Shown: positions 1-8,831 of the stretch, piece by piece
Layout: each line of letters starts with the position of its first letter
Numbering within the stretch: the stretch's first letter is position 1
NCBI GenBank assembly: GCA_018821245.1
Contig: JAHJMO010000002.1
Coordinates: 9,231-73,230, forward strand
Direction: 5' to 3'
Length of the DNA stretch: 64,000 bases
Origin: Patescibacteria group bacterium
GTDB lineage: Bacteria; Patescibacteriota; Microgenomatia; UBA10105; UBA927
Notes under the pieces: model-generated
Database searches by the model: none
Told to the model about the DNA's origin: nothing
Seen by the model: only the letters and a program-made list of their open reading frames with translations
Translations under genes and position numbers: made by a program

Positions 1-610
1 TTCTCACCTTGCTTTGCACTATTGTATCAGAAATTCTGCCTATCGCATCCTCCAAAAACCCTTGCGTGACAAGCCTGCGGCCTTGTTCTTCACGTATTCC
101 CCTGGTCTTCAGATACCAAAGGGTTTGGGGGTCAACCGTGGATGTAGCGGCCGCGTGTGTACATCGGACATCGTTGGCAAGTATCTCCAATTCGGGCCGG
201 GTTTGGACACGGGAGCCATCCGACAGAAGTAAATTTTCGTTCCTCTGGCAGGCATCAGTCTGTTGCGCGCTTTTCGCTACACGAATCATCCCGTGATACT
301 GAAAACTTGCTCCCTCCCACAGTACACTCTTAACAAGAAGCCTGCTTGTAGCGCGGGGTGCCTCGTGAAGCTGTACTGTCTCCAGCGCGAAACGCTGCTC
401 CCCCCTGCCTACGACTATGGCGATAATATCTGCCTTTGCGCGTTCCCCCGCCAATCGTACGTTCAGGCGTATGGTGTCGGACCAGTCTCCCTCTACCAGA
501 AGAACAAGCGTCAGATCCGCGCCCCTGCCCACGACATACTCATCGGCGATGTGCCGGCCAACCTCTAAGAAAATTGTTTTTTTCTCACTTTTACCGATGT
601 GAAAACTCAT
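1..610 (-). CDS. sufD: Fe-S cluster assembly protein SufD (5' part; gene runs off the window start)
   Basis: Minus-strand frame is open from ATG at 608-610 down to position 1. It translates to MSFHIGKSEKK...GADLTLVLLVEGDWSDT...RNENLLLSDGSRVQTRPELEILANDVRCTHAAATSTVDPQTLWYLKTRGI, a SufB/SufD beta-helix paralog. It is absent from the ORF track only because it has no stop inside the window, and sits directly downstream of sufB. Confidence 0.7.
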   Translation of the reverse strand, partial: MSFHIGKSEKKTIFLEVGRHIADEYVVGRGADLTLVLLVEGDWSDTIRLNVRLAGERAKADIIAIVVGRGEQRFALETVQLHEAPRATSRLLVKSVLWEGASFQYHGMIRVAKSAQQTDACQRNENLLLSDGSRVQTRPELEILANDVRCTHAAATSTVDPQTLWYLKTRGIREEQGRRLVTQGFLEDAIGRISDTIVQSKVR

Positions 611-616
611 ACTGAT

Positions 617-2041
617 TTAACCAACGCTTCCCTCTATATAGAGCTGGATGAGTCGGTTCATTTCTACAGCGTACTCAAGAGGAAGCTCTTTGACGACTGG
701 CTCTATAAATCCGTTGACGATCATCGACTGGGCCTGGGCGCCGGAAATTCCGCGGCTTTTGAGATAAAAGAGCTGTTCCTCACCGATTTTGGAAACTGTC
801 GCCTCGTGCTCCACCCCGGCGTCATGTGCTTCTATACGCATAATGGGATACGTATCCGAACGGGACGAACGATCCATGATAAGCGCGTCACAAACAACAT
901 GACTTTTGGCGGCCGTTGCTCCCCTGGGAATTGCTACCAATCCACGATATGATGTTCTGCCTCCATTCCTGCTGACTGACTTGGAAATAATATGCGATGT
1001 CGTCTCCGGGGCTAAATGCACGGCTTTGGCGCCGGCATCCTGATGCTGACCCCGCCCTGCGTAAGCAAGGGAGAGTATGTCTCCCCGCGCCTTGCGGCCG
1101 ACGAGATAGACACTCGGGTACTTCATGGTAAACCGGCTTCCTAAATTGGCATCTACCCACTCCATGACGCCCTCTTCCTCCACGCGCGCCCGTTTGGTCA
1201 CGAGGTTATAGACGTTGGTACTCCAATTTTGAATCGTAGAGTACCGGACTCTCGCACCTTTTTTGACAATAATCTCCACCACTGCAGAATGAAGCGAACT
1301 TGTGGAATACATAGGGGCAGAACAGCCTTCAACGTAATGCACGAAGCTTCCCTCCTCTGCAATAATGAGCGTCCTTTCAAACTGCCCCATGCGCTCGCTG
1401 TTAATGCGGAAATAGGCCTGAAGCGGGAGTTCTATGCTCACACGAGGGGGAACATACACAAATGAGCCCCCTGACCATACGCTTGTATTGAGCGCGGCAA
1501 ATTTGTTGTCAGAAGGCGATACAACGGTGCCAAAATATTGCCTGATAATATCCGGATATTCTTTAAGCCCAGAGTCCATATCCAAAAAAATCACACCTTT
1601 TTTGGCAAGCATGGACTGAATACTTTTATATACTACCTCCGATTCATATTGAACGCTGACCCCCGACAGGAATTTTTTCTCTGCTTGGGGAATACCAATT
1701 TTGTCATACGTGTCTCTGATCTCATCCGGCAATTGAGACCAGGAATCCGCCTTATGATCGATCGGCTTGACGTAATAATAGATATCGTCAAAGCTCGCGT
1801 CGCCAAGCTCTAAAGCCCAGGGGGGCAGTGCGCGTTTACGGTATATTGCCAGACTTTGCAGGCGAAGATGCCGCATCCAGTCCGGCTCATTTTTGTGGCC
1901 GCTGATTTGCTTAACCACCTCTTCATCAAGCCCTTTTTTGGCTTTGAACACATATTTCTCCGGTTTGCGAAAACCGAGTGTATAATTATCAAATAATGCT
2001 TTTTTCATTATTAATATATTTACCGTATCCTTCTTTTTCAA
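617..2041 (-). CDS. sufB: Fe-S cluster assembly protein SufB
   Basis: 474 aa with SufB-family conservation throughout (…SRSDTYPIMRIEAHDAGVEHEATVSKIGEEQLFYLKSRGI…), adjacent to the sufC ATPase. Confidence 0.9.
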   Translation of the reverse strand: MKKKDTVNILIMKKALFDNYTLGFRKPEKYVFKAKKGLDEEVVKQISGHKNEPDWMRHLRLQSLAIYRKRALPPWALELGDASFDDIYYYVKPIDHKADSWSQLPDEIRDTYDKIGIPQAEKKFLSGVSVQYESEVVYKSIQSMLAKKGVIFLDMDSGLKEYPDIIRQYFGTVVSPSDNKFAALNTSVWSGGSFVYVPPRVSIELPLQAYFRINSERMGQFERTLIIAEEGSFVHYVEGCSAPMYSTSSLHSAVVEIIVKKGARVRYSTIQNWSTNVYNLVTKRARVEEEGVMEWVDANLGSRFTMKYPSVYLVGRKARGDILSLAYAGRGQHQDAGAKAVHLAPETTSHIISKSVSRNGGRTSYRGLVAIPRGATAAKSHVVCDALIMDRSSRSDTYPIMRIEAHDAGVEHEATVSKIGEEQLFYLKSRGISGAQAQSMIVNGFIEPVVKELPLEYAVEMNRLIQLYIEGSVG

Positions 2042-2840
2042 TTTGTTTGGCTAAATCTGCTTTGCCGCTTTCGACAATTCTGCCTCCTACCAACACATGC
2101 ACGAAGTCCGGCTTGATATACCGCAGGATCCTTTGGTAGTGGGTAATGATGATTATGCCGGAGCCGCCTTTCTGAAGCTTTAGGATGCCTGCAGCTGCTA
2201 CCTTCAGCGCGTCGACATCAAGTCCTGTATCTATCTCGTCAAAAATGGCAAATTTCGGCGAAAGGACGAGCGCCTGGAGCATCTCCGACTTCTTCTTCTC
2301 ACCGCCGGAAAATCCATCGTTGACGGCCCGCTCCAAAAATGACCGATCTATATGAAGGAAATCCGTGCGGGACTTAACTTTGTCCATAAACTCAGATACG
2401 GTAAGCCCTGCCGCCCGCCAGCGGCGCGCAAGAAGAGTGTTCTGGATAAAGGGTGAGCGGACTTTATCGACTCCTGCGGCCCGATGTGTTTCCTGATAGG
2501 AAGTCCGAAGCAGCGATAGTACCCCGACTCCGGCGATGGCAACCGGAGACTGAAATGCCAAAAATAACCCCAGTCCGGCGCGTTCATCTGTCGGCAAATC
2601 AACAATATTTCTTTTCCCGAGCCAAATTCCAGTCTTCCGTACGGTATACTGCGGACACCCCATAAGCGCCTGCGCAAATGTTGATTTTCCGCTGCCGTTG
2701 GGGCCCATGATCGCATGTACCTCGCCGCTTCGCACGGAAAGCGAGATGCCTTTGAGGATTTCTTTTTTCCCTGCAAAGACCCGCAGATTGGTAATCGTGA
2801 GTTTTTCGCCCTTACCGGATTTTTGACGCTTTATGCTCAT
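1989..2840 (-). CDS. sufC: Fe-S cluster assembly ATPase SufC
   Basis: ABC ATPase: Walker A GPNGSGKST, signature LSGGEKKK, Walker B AIFDEIDTGLD. The 3' end overlaps sufB by about 50 nt. Confidence 0.88.
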   Translation of the reverse strand: MSIKRQKSGKGEKLTITNLRVFAGKKEILKGISLSVRSGEVHAIMGPNGSGKSTFAQALMGCPQYTVRKTGIWLGKRNIVDLPTDERAGLGLFLAFQSPVAIAGVGVLSLLRTSYQETHRAAGVDKVRSPFIQNTLLARRWRAAGLTVSEFMDKVKSRTDFLHIDRSFLERAVNDGFSGGEKKKSEMLQALVLSPKFAIFDEIDTGLDVDALKVAAAGILKLQKGGSGIIIITHYQRILRYIKPDFVHVLVGGRIVESGKADLAKQIEKEGYGKYINNEKSII

Positions 2841-2849
2841 GCTTTCTCC

Positions 2850-3644
2850 TTATAACCTATCGGACACTGTGTCTTTTTTGCCCATATACACCTCGCAAAC
2901 CCCATGCATACGCAGGATAAAATACTCCTTCTGCGCCATCGGGTTGCCTTTCAGCGACAGGAGCGCATCAATTTCTTCCGTTGCCGCACCATAGGCGCCG
3001 ATGGCCTGCGCCTTCTTTTTGACAACCTTGTGGATATTAATTACGGTAGTAACGGATTTATCGGGTATTTCCGCCCAAAACCGGCCGGACGGATCAACGC
3101 GTATGACTTTCTGCTTCTTCAGATACGCTATGACAGAGGCCGGCAAACAGGCGTAATATAACTTCACATCCTGCGTGGTCTCCTTTCTGCTTTCGGCAAG
3201 GGTCTGCCTTTCCCAAAACCGTTTACCCCGCTGTCCCGGAACCTGCACGGTGGAAATGCTTTTGGCATATTTTTGAAAAACAAACGTCGCAGCCAATGAC
3301 GCTTTCTTGTGGTCCGGATGACGGGTAATACCACCCGGCTCAAGCGTAATGACCACGTCAGGACCATAATCCTTTACTATCGGGAACAATGTGCCCTCCA
3401 ACTCGCCCGGCGAAAGGAGCGCAAGGGCGCCGGCATCATAATCCAGAACGGTATACGTACCGATGTTCAGTATTTCTGCAGTTTTCCCGGGCGTGGGATC
3501 GGAAAATTCGCATTCGCCGGACTTCCCGCGTGAAGCACAAATCAGATGTATATCCCATCCTGCTTTGGAATATTTTGCTATCGTTCCTCCGGCAAACAAA
3601 GACTCGTCACCGGCGTGTGCAACAACGAAAAGCAGCTTCTTCAT
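2850..3644 (-). CDS. PIG-L/LmbE family N-acetylglucosaminyl deacetylase
   Basis: N-terminal VVAHAGDES (a variant of the AHPDDE motif), the HPDH motif and ~260 aa size are typical of the PIG-L family. Confidence 0.65.
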   Translation of the reverse strand: MKKLLFVVAHAGDESLFAGGTIAKYSKAGWDIHLICASRGKSGECEFSDPTPGKTAEILNIGTYTVLDYDAGALALLSPGELEGTLFPIVKDYGPDVVITLEPGGITRHPDHKKASLAATFVFQKYAKSISTVQVPGQRGKRFWERQTLAESRKETTQDVKLYYACLPASVIAYLKKQKVIRVDPSGRFWAEIPDKSVTTVINIHKVVKKKAQAIGAYGAATEEIDALLSLKGNPMAQKEYFILRMHGVCEVYMGKKDTVSDRL

Positions 3645-3704
3645 GCATGCTATGGTACTGCATTTTTCGAAAAAAGAGAAACCCTGCTTCCTTCTTGCCT
3701 CCCC

Positions 3705-5396
3705 CTAACCGGAAAGCATGGCCACAATCTCATTTTTAATGCTCTCCCGGCCCTCCCTATCCGTGGGTACAAACTGTAGAAGCATTTCCATTTTGCCCGT
3801 CAACTTCTTATACATACCCGGTCCATACGCGCTATCTATGAGGCCTTCCCATTGCTCTTCTTTTTGGGAAATGTACACGGCTCTCATCTCATGCATGGAT
3901 ACACGCTTCAGGATCTCCATGAGCACCAGGACTTCCTCGTCATACGCATACGAAAGCGGTGCCGAACCGGAAAACTGGCCAAGGTATGTGTGTGCAAAAA
4001 AATCCGTCATTGCTTCGTTATACACGTCCGGCAGAGTCGCATCTTTCTGATAAGAGTAATAATGCAGTAACTCGTGAACCGCAATGGTCAAATAGTGCAA
4101 CAGCTTCTTCTGATCGCCGGAGTATTCCATGATAATGCCGTCGGGCGGGTGGAAAACGCCTTCTTCATAAACCGGTGTTCTGGGGTTCTTCCTGAAATCT
4201 TCGTAGGCTTTCTGCCAGGATCCTAAAACCTCCTGATAACGGGACAAGGAAAGGCGGGTTTGATTGACATACTCCTGTATTTCAGTATTTGCCTGATCGT
4301 ATTTGGAAAGTTCACCCTCCCAACGCGAGCGTTCATCCGTACAATACTGATCGTCTTCTCCTTTTACACGCCGGCAGGAGTCATACCACCGGGAAAGACG
4401 CGACGCAGAGGAAGCTTTGCTTTCGTCGTTGGAACGGACGGCTTCTTCGTTTGTAATAATATTGTTCTGAAGGTCCGAAACAGCTTTTTTGGCCTTCGCT
4501 ATCCCGGCAAGTAAACGGTCTCCCTGTTCTTTTTCCTGATCAGTGCGTATCTTAAGATAGTCTTCCGGCAAAGCTACAGCGATGGAATAGTCCGACCCCT
4601 TGACGCTCACAACGTCAGGCAAGCCCCTTGCAACGACGTGGTACGCAAGGATGGGAACAACGCGCGAAACCATGTCAAATGAAACACGCTGGACGGCAAG
4701 AATATAATCCGAAGGAATGTAGACTATGTCAAACGGTAGCGCATCCTGCCACTTCTGTAGTTCCATGGAAGACTTGTCTATGATATCCCGCAATATATAA
4801 GCTTCATAAAACGTCTTCTTCTCAAAATTATCCAACGAAAACCGCGCGTACATGAGATCTTTGGCAAAATCGTCGGAAGCGTCTATGATCCTGGGTACCT
4901 CACTCTCCACCGACAACACATCTTCCACCTGGCTAACACCGATTATCATTCCATCTTCGGGTGAAGGATAACTAAAGCGCTCTTGTTCTGCGCGCATTGA
5001 TTGCCGCGCTTTACTCCTAAGGGCTTGCGTCACGCCAACATCTGCGATCACTATGACGAGAAAAATAGCCGGCGTAAATAACAGGAGACAAGCACTCCAC
5101 CGCAGGCGGCGCCGCGCCCGCATATACAACGATAGTGCAATCGAACAGATAACTCCGGCAATAATGCCAAAGATAACTGCGTAAGCGAGTGGCGCTATCG
5201 GGTGAGCTCCCAGTATTTCGCCGGGCAGACGTAAAAAAAGAGAGATGCGCTGGGGCTGGGCTATATACGAACGCGCCGTTGTGGCATAAGAATATTCTAT
5301 GCTCGGAAGAGCTACGGAAATAAATGCAAACAGGATCCCAAAAAGGATAGTACACCACCGAAAAATACGGTCGGCATGTCCAGTGTTTTGCTTCAT
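3705..5396 (-). CDS. membrane-anchored protein with central coiled coil and C-terminal HExxH (zincin-like) motif
   Basis: N-terminal TM helices, a long charged and coiled region, and C-terminal ...IAVHELLHYY...NEAMTDF (HExxH...E). The longer ORF to 5450 would overlap the divergent gene, so the internal ATG at 5394-5396 (MKQNTG...) is the preferred start. Confidence 0.5.
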   Translation of the reverse strand: MKQNTGHADRIFRWCTILFGILFAFISVALPSIEYSYATTARSYIAQPQRISLFLRLPGEILGAHPIAPLAYAVIFGIIAGVICSIALSLYMRARRRLRWSACLLLFTPAIFLVIVIADVGVTQALRSKARQSMRAEQERFSYPSPEDGMIIGVSQVEDVLSVESEVPRIIDASDDFAKDLMYARFSLDNFEKKTFYEAYILRDIIDKSSMELQKWQDALPFDIVYIPSDYILAVQRVSFDMVSRVVPILAYHVVARGLPDVVSVKGSDYSIAVALPEDYLKIRTDQEKEQGDRLLAGIAKAKKAVSDLQNNIITNEEAVRSNDESKASSASRLSRWYDSCRRVKGEDDQYCTDERSRWEGELSKYDQANTEIQEYVNQTRLSLSRYQEVLGSWQKAYEDFRKNPRTPVYEEGVFHPPDGIIMEYSGDQKKLLHYLTIAVHELLHYYSYQKDATLPDVYNEAMTDFFAHTYLGQFSGSAPLSYAYDEEVLVLMEILKRVSMHEMRAVYISQKEEQWEGLIDSAYGPGMYKKLTGKMEMLLQFVPTDREGRESIKNEIVAMLSG

Positions 5397-5434
5397 CTTC
5401 TCCAGTGTAACGCAAAACGTAGTACAATCACACC

Positions 5435-6310
5435 ATGGAAAGCGTCCCAATACTTTATCCCGATACCTGGACCGAGTATGAACTTATAGACACAGGCGAC
5501 GGAGAAAAGCTTGAACGGTTTAATACTGTTCTCACTATCCGTCCGGATCCGAGAATAATCTGGAAAAAAAGCGAGCCTGCTACCTGGAAAGACGCTCATG
5601 CACTTTACCGGCGACACGATGAAACCAAAGGATCATGGGAAAAAGAAGAGAATCTTCCTACCCCATGGCTCATCCATTACCGCAATCTCACCATGGTATT
5701 ACGTCCTTCTGCGTTTAAACACGTCGGAATTTTCCCTGAACAGGCGGTCAATTGGGACTGGTGTACGAAACAAACAGACAACAAACCACTCCGCATCCTT
5801 AACCTCTTTGCCTATACCGGAGGAGCCACCCTCGCGGCAGCTGCGGCGGGCGCTCATGTCACACACGTGGATAGTGTCAAAAGCACGATCGCGTGGGCCC
5901 GCGAAAATGCAAAACTTTCCGGCCTGGACACAAAACCTGTGCGATGGATAGAGGATGACGCCTATGCCTTTGTTCTGCGGGAGGGACGAAGAAAAGCTAT
6001 GTATGATGCACTCATCATGGATCCGCCGCGCTTCGGACGCGGACCAAAAGGACAGGTATGGAAGCTGGAAAACGATCTGCCAAAGATGCTTGCCGCATGC
6101 ACTAGTATTCTTTCCCCAAATCCTGCTTTTATTCTCATCAACGCGTACACTGCGGACCTTTCCTCTATCGCGCTGGGAGAGTTACTTGCCGATTTCACAG
6201 GCCGTTTCGACGGCCGCGTAGACGCGGGTGAACTGGCGCTTCGACAGTCGCGCGTGGAGAGGCTTCTCCCGAGCGGCATCTTTGCCAGATGGACGGGAAT
6301 TAGTTATTAG
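5435..6310 (+). CDS. class I SAM-dependent RNA methyltransferase (RlmI/RlmK-like)
   Basis: LNLFAYTGGATLAAAAAGA (SAM-binding motif I) and DPPRFGRG (motif IV). The domain order resembles the RlmI C-terminal catalytic module. Confidence 0.6.
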   Translation: MESVPILYPDTWTEYELIDTGDGEKLERFNTVLTIRPDPRIIWKKSEPATWKDAHALYRRHDETKGSWEKEENLPTPWLIHYRNLTMVLRPSAFKHVGIFPEQAVNWDWCTKQTDNKPLRILNLFAYTGGATLAAAAAGAHVTHVDSVKSTIAWARENAKLSGLDTKPVRWIEDDAYAFVLREGRRKAMYDALIMDPPRFGRGPKGQVWKLENDLPKMLAACTSILSPNPAFILINAYTADLSSIALGELLADFTGRFDGRVDAGELALRQSRVERLLPSGIFARWTGISY

Positions 6311-6345
6311 TTATTAGTTGTTGGTTATTAGTTGCTTGGTTATTG
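6301..6345. repeat. TTAGTTA/TTGGTTA-type tandem repeat at a convergent gene junction
   Basis: tagttattagttattagttgttggttattagttgcttggttattg. Its first 10 nt encode the last codons and the TAG stop of the upstream + gene. Confidence 0.7.
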
Positions 6346-6348
6346 CAA

Positions 6349-6717
6349 TTATTGTTTTGGTTTGGTTTGCCTCACGCGAATTTTATCCAGAGAATATTTG
6401 ATTGCGCTGTCCAGATTAATCTTCTTGATCCGGGCAAAACGGATGATTGCGACCAAAATGTCCCCCAACTCCTGCTCGTATTGCTCGTCTTTTTGGGCGG
6501 AAATGTTGGTGGGCTTGCGTCCGTGCTTAGCAAGGTATGCCCTCGCCATCTCGCCTACTTCCTCGACAATTGTCAGAATAAGCATGGAACCCCATTCCTG
6601 CGTACTACGGACTTTTTTGTCGATCTGGTCCAATTCATGAAAATACGCGCCAAACGGGGTTTTGAGAAATTTTTGGCCTTTGGGCTGATTTACTAGTTTA
6701 GACGGCGATTGGTCCAT
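6349..6717 (-). CDS. MazG-like nucleotide pyrophosphohydrolase
   Basis: C-terminal ~120 aa carry the MazG fold motifs (EEVGEMARAY ... EQELGDILVAI). The N-terminal extension of the 197-aa ORF (to 6942) is low-complexity and probably spurious. Confidence 0.55.
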   Translation of the reverse strand: MDQSPSKLVNQPKGQKFLKTPFGAYFHELDQIDKKVRSTQEWGSMLILTIVEEVGEMARAYLAKHGRKPTNISAQKDEQYEQELGDILVAIIRFARIKKINLDSAIKYSLDKIRVRQTKPKQ

Positions 6718-6975
6718 AAGATGATTATACCGCAACTTGCGGATGTCTGTTTGAAATTGCATTTGTAGCGGTATTGTGGTGTGATAAATATAGATCGGGG
6801 GTGAGGAAGTATGTGCATGGAAAAAAGCTGTAAAAAAATGAAAAAATATTTCAGCAAATATCCCATGTTTAACGGCGCCATCCATGTGATCGGCGGCATA
6901 GGGATAGGGACACTCATAACGTACCCGTTCGTAGGGCAGCACCCGGTGCGTTAGGGAGTAACGCTGGTTATTTTG

Positions 6976-7221
6976 TCAGCGCTTGGCCACCTGTGGGCAG
7001 CGACCAAATAAACTGCGAAGTTCGATTTTGGCCTTATTGAGGATTGTTTTGCGTGACGGCGGTAAATTTTTACCGGCGCGGTTTATATAGAAATTCAGCA
7101 TGCTCATGGCGGATTGAAAAGGAGAGGCTTTTCTCCGCAGTGAGTTATCAGCGGAATTTTTGAGAGAAGCAGCAATTTTCTTCGGATCATCCCAAGTAAA
7201 TACCCCATCCTCCAGATCCAA
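6976..7221 (-). CDS. DUF3175 family protein
   Basis: 81 aa; ...DDPKKIAASLKNSADNS.RRKASPFQSAMSMLNFYINRAGKNLPPSRKTILNKAKIELRSLFGR matches the conserved DUF3175 core as recalled. Confidence 0.55.
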   Translation of the reverse strand: MDLEDGVFTWDDPKKIAASLKNSADNSLRRKASPFQSAMSMLNFYINRAGKNLPPSRKTILNKAKIELRSLFGRCPQVAKR

Positions 7222-7310
7222 GGCAACACTGTGCTTCGTGACATAGTCAGACCAGTTTTTTGATATAAGTGGTTAGAGTATAGCTTAAATCTCAAAATTG
7301 GTGTTATGAT

Positions 7311-7808
7311 GTGGCTATGTTAACGCTGATTCTTCCGGGATATTCGCCGGCAAACAGGCAATGGGCTCTAAAAGTAAAAGAAAATTTGAAATTGCCCGGT
7401 GAAGTCATCGTGCATGAGTGGCAACATTGGAGAGACGGAAAGAGTTTCAATCTTAAATACGAAGTAGATCAAATACTGGCAATCATCGGCAAACAGCAAG
7501 TGAATTTTATCGCCAAATCAGTCGGAACGAGAGTGCTCATGGCGCTTTTGCCGAAAATCAATAAGCAGGTGCAAAAAGTAATCCTCTGCGGCATACCGAT
7601 CGATCCGTTAAGGTATGTAAAAGGTATTAAATTGATTGGCAGAGATCATCTGCTCGTTGTCCAAAATTCGCAAGATCCCCTGATGCCGTATAAATTAATT
7701 GAAACGTACATCCATTTAATCGATAAAAAAATAAAAGCGGTTGAAAAGGAAGCCAAAAACCACGACTACCCATATTTTGACGATTTCCAAAGATTCTTGA
7801 CTATCTGA
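7311..7808 (+). CDS. small alpha/beta-hydrolase-fold esterase (putative)
   Basis: Nucleophile elbow AKSVG with Asp (NSQDP) and His (NHDYP) downstream in S-D-H order; ~165 aa; AT-rich codon usage. Confidence 0.4.
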   Translation: MAMLTLILPGYSPANRQWALKVKENLKLPGEVIVHEWQHWRDGKSFNLKYEVDQILAIIGKQQVNFIAKSVGTRVLMALLPKINKQVQKVILCGIPIDPLRYVKGIKLIGRDHLLVVQNSQDPLMPYKLIETYIHLIDKKIKAVEKEAKNHDYPYFDDFQRFLTI

Positions 7809-7825
7809 ATATTCAACTCCTTCTG

Positions 7826-7866
7826 CTACAAAATTTTCACGCCATGGCATGACTTTTTTGTAGTAA
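7826..7866. repeat. palindromic hairpin element copy 1 (ctacaaaaTTTTCACGCCATGGCatgacttttttgtag)
   Basis: Inverted repeat ctacaaaa...ttttgtag around a conserved core TTCACGCCATGGC. A second copy lies at 8617-8660, and the two flank the PaaX-like gene. Confidence 0.7.
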
Positions 7867-7888
7867 CTATTCAGGACAACAATCTCAA

Positions 7889-8593
7889 TTAGGCTATACC
7901 AAAATAATCCCGATAAGGCGAATCATCTTCTAGAGTCGTTGCGACAATATACAATACCTCGTTGCCTACACCATAATATTCTTTCAGAAAAGTCACCTGT
8001 TTTTCACAAGGATATGGATATAACCAAACGCTTTCCTGCAGCTTACAAAATCCTAAGGCTCGCAACGCTTCGCGAAAAACATCGCGCAACCGTTTTTTTC
8101 TGTTTTCCACATCGTAGACAATCAGCCTCCAACGACCGTCCCATTGTCTAGGCTTTTCGATAGATAATTCATCGAGAGCATATTTTAAAATTCTGCGCTT
8201 ACCCGCTTCTGAGAGAACTACTACTTCCTCACCGTTTTGCCCCTTAATTTCAACATATTTTTGCTTATGAAATCGTTTAATCGCTGAACGTAAATACGAA
8301 GGATTATATTGCTTCCAAACTTCATATTTCTTTCGTCGTTCTTCGTCCAAAAAAGGCTTTGCCAATATTGCGGCGGATGGCGAAATAAACGACAATCCTA
8401 CTACACCAGCTAAACCGAGAAACGCAAGAATATGCTTAACTGGAGCGTAGCGGCGATGAATTTCTTCCTGATGAATCTGTTTTGCCAGAATCGTTGATAG
8501 CTCTGCAATTCTTTCATCAGAAGGAACTGTAAGCTGTGTATCTAATCGTAGTCGTTTCTTTTGCTTGATTGTTCTTATTGATACCATAAACAA
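7889..8593 (-). CDS. PaaX-family-like transcriptional regulator homolog with N-terminal TM segment
   Basis: ...VVVLSEAGKRRILKYALDELSIEKPRQWDGRWRLIVYDVENRKKRLRDVFREALRALGFCKLQESVWLYP aligns to the E. coli PaaX segment YSLSDKGLRLTRRAESKIYRAEQPAWDGKWLLLLSEGLDKS...GFGAL.PSLM. The region after the WDG motif also looks Cas2/VapD-like (YDV..R.K..R......G....Q.SV), an observation made from the sequence here. Confidence 0.5.
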   Translation of the reverse strand: MFMVSIRTIKQKKRLRLDTQLTVPSDERIAELSTILAKQIHQEEIHRRYAPVKHILAFLGLAGVVGLSFISPSAAILAKPFLDEERRKKYEVWKQYNPSYLRSAIKRFHKQKYVEIKGQNGEEVVVLSEAGKRRILKYALDELSIEKPRQWDGRWRLIVYDVENRKKRLRDVFREALRALGFCKLQESVWLYPYPCEKQVTFLKEYYGVGNEVLYIVATTLEDDSPYRDYFGIA

Positions 8594-8616
8594 ATTTATC
8601 TTTTAATTCACTTTCT

Positions 8617-8660
8617 TCATACTACAAAATATTCACGCCATGGCTTGGGTATTTTGTAGT
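8617..8660. repeat. palindromic hairpin element copy 2 (tactacaaaataTTCACGCCATGGCttgggtattttgtagta)
   Basis: Same core and inverted-repeat arms as copy 1. Confidence 0.7.
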
Positions 8661-8831
8661 ATACCCTATTTATTAAGCTGGTGACAAGTGACGGCAAGCG
8701 AATAAATGATGACAATAATAATCAAGTAAGTGAGACGAAAGAAAATTTGAGGTATAATATGATCTTAAGTAAGGTTACTTAATAAGTATAGGCAGTTTCT
8801 GATTTCGACTGTCATAAATTGGGATCTTGGC

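Noticed and set aside
6718-6942. N-terminal 75 residues of the 197-aa ORF 6349..6942
   Set aside because: Low-complexity, Phe/His-rich, with no homology pattern. The MazG-like domain starts at the internal Met, so the extension is considered spurious.
7889-8593. Calling the 234-aa protein Cas2
   Set aside because: The Cas2-like pattern is embedded in a protein whose surrounding sequence aligns better with the PaaX family (WDG+W motif, upstream wHTH). There are no CRISPR repeats or other cas genes. Annotated as PaaX-like with a fold resemblance only.
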